NCBI RefSeq assembly: GCF_001194135.2
Contig: NC_068981.1
Coordinates: 189,530,985-189,594,984 of the forward strand
Origin: Octopus bimaculoides
Taxonomy: Eukaryota
Length of the DNA stretch: 64,000 nt
Direction of reading: 5' to 3'
Part shown: positions 63,836-64,000 of the stretch, piece after piece
How positions within the stretch are numbered: position 1 is the stretch's first letter
Layout: each line of letters opens with the position of its first letter
Notes under the pieces: generated by a model
Told to the model about the DNA's origin: nothing
Seen by the model: the letters and a program-made list of their open reading frames with translations, nothing else
Database searches by the model: none
Program-made: the position numbers and the translations under genes

Positions 63836-64000
63836 AGAATATATATATATATATAAGAATATATATTTCTCTATCTATCTATCTATCTATCTATCTCTAT
63901 GGACGGACGGTAGACGTGTCGGCTCTGTAAGTTTTGCCTTTTTCATGTTTTAAAAAGTTTGTTTGTAAAATTTATTTTATATACAAAGTTGTATAACAAC

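Overview
AT-rich, repeat-dominated animal genomic DNA from a draft assembly with many N-gaps, mostly next to (TA)n/(TG)n/(GA)n tracts. The SINE repertoire and microsatellite load resemble coleoid cephalopod (Octopus) DNA; this is recognition by eye, not a database result. No host protein-coding gene can be supported, and nearly all ORFs in the supplied track are artefacts of microsatellites or N-runs. The window holds dozens of tRNA-headed SINE copies from several families and fossils of Ty3/gypsy pol, R4/Dong, CR1-like and RTE LINEs, a Penelope GIY-YIG, two mariner ends, non-autonomous Helitrons, MITEs and fold-back palindromes. Four signals stand out. (1) Four type-I hammerhead-ribozyme-like motifs of two families lie on the minus strand; two share a non-canonical CCGAUGA core, and one sits in a ~340-bp terminally redundant unit resembling a non-LTR retrozyme. 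(2) Helitron copies form head-to-tail CTAG|TC junctions. (3) A SINE 3' tail matches the CR1-like LINE tail. (4) CpG decay in same-family SINE copies rises from left to right, starting just downstream of a promoter-like motif cluster at ~23.7-24.1 kb. Everything was read manually; boundaries of degraded elements are approximate to tens of bp.
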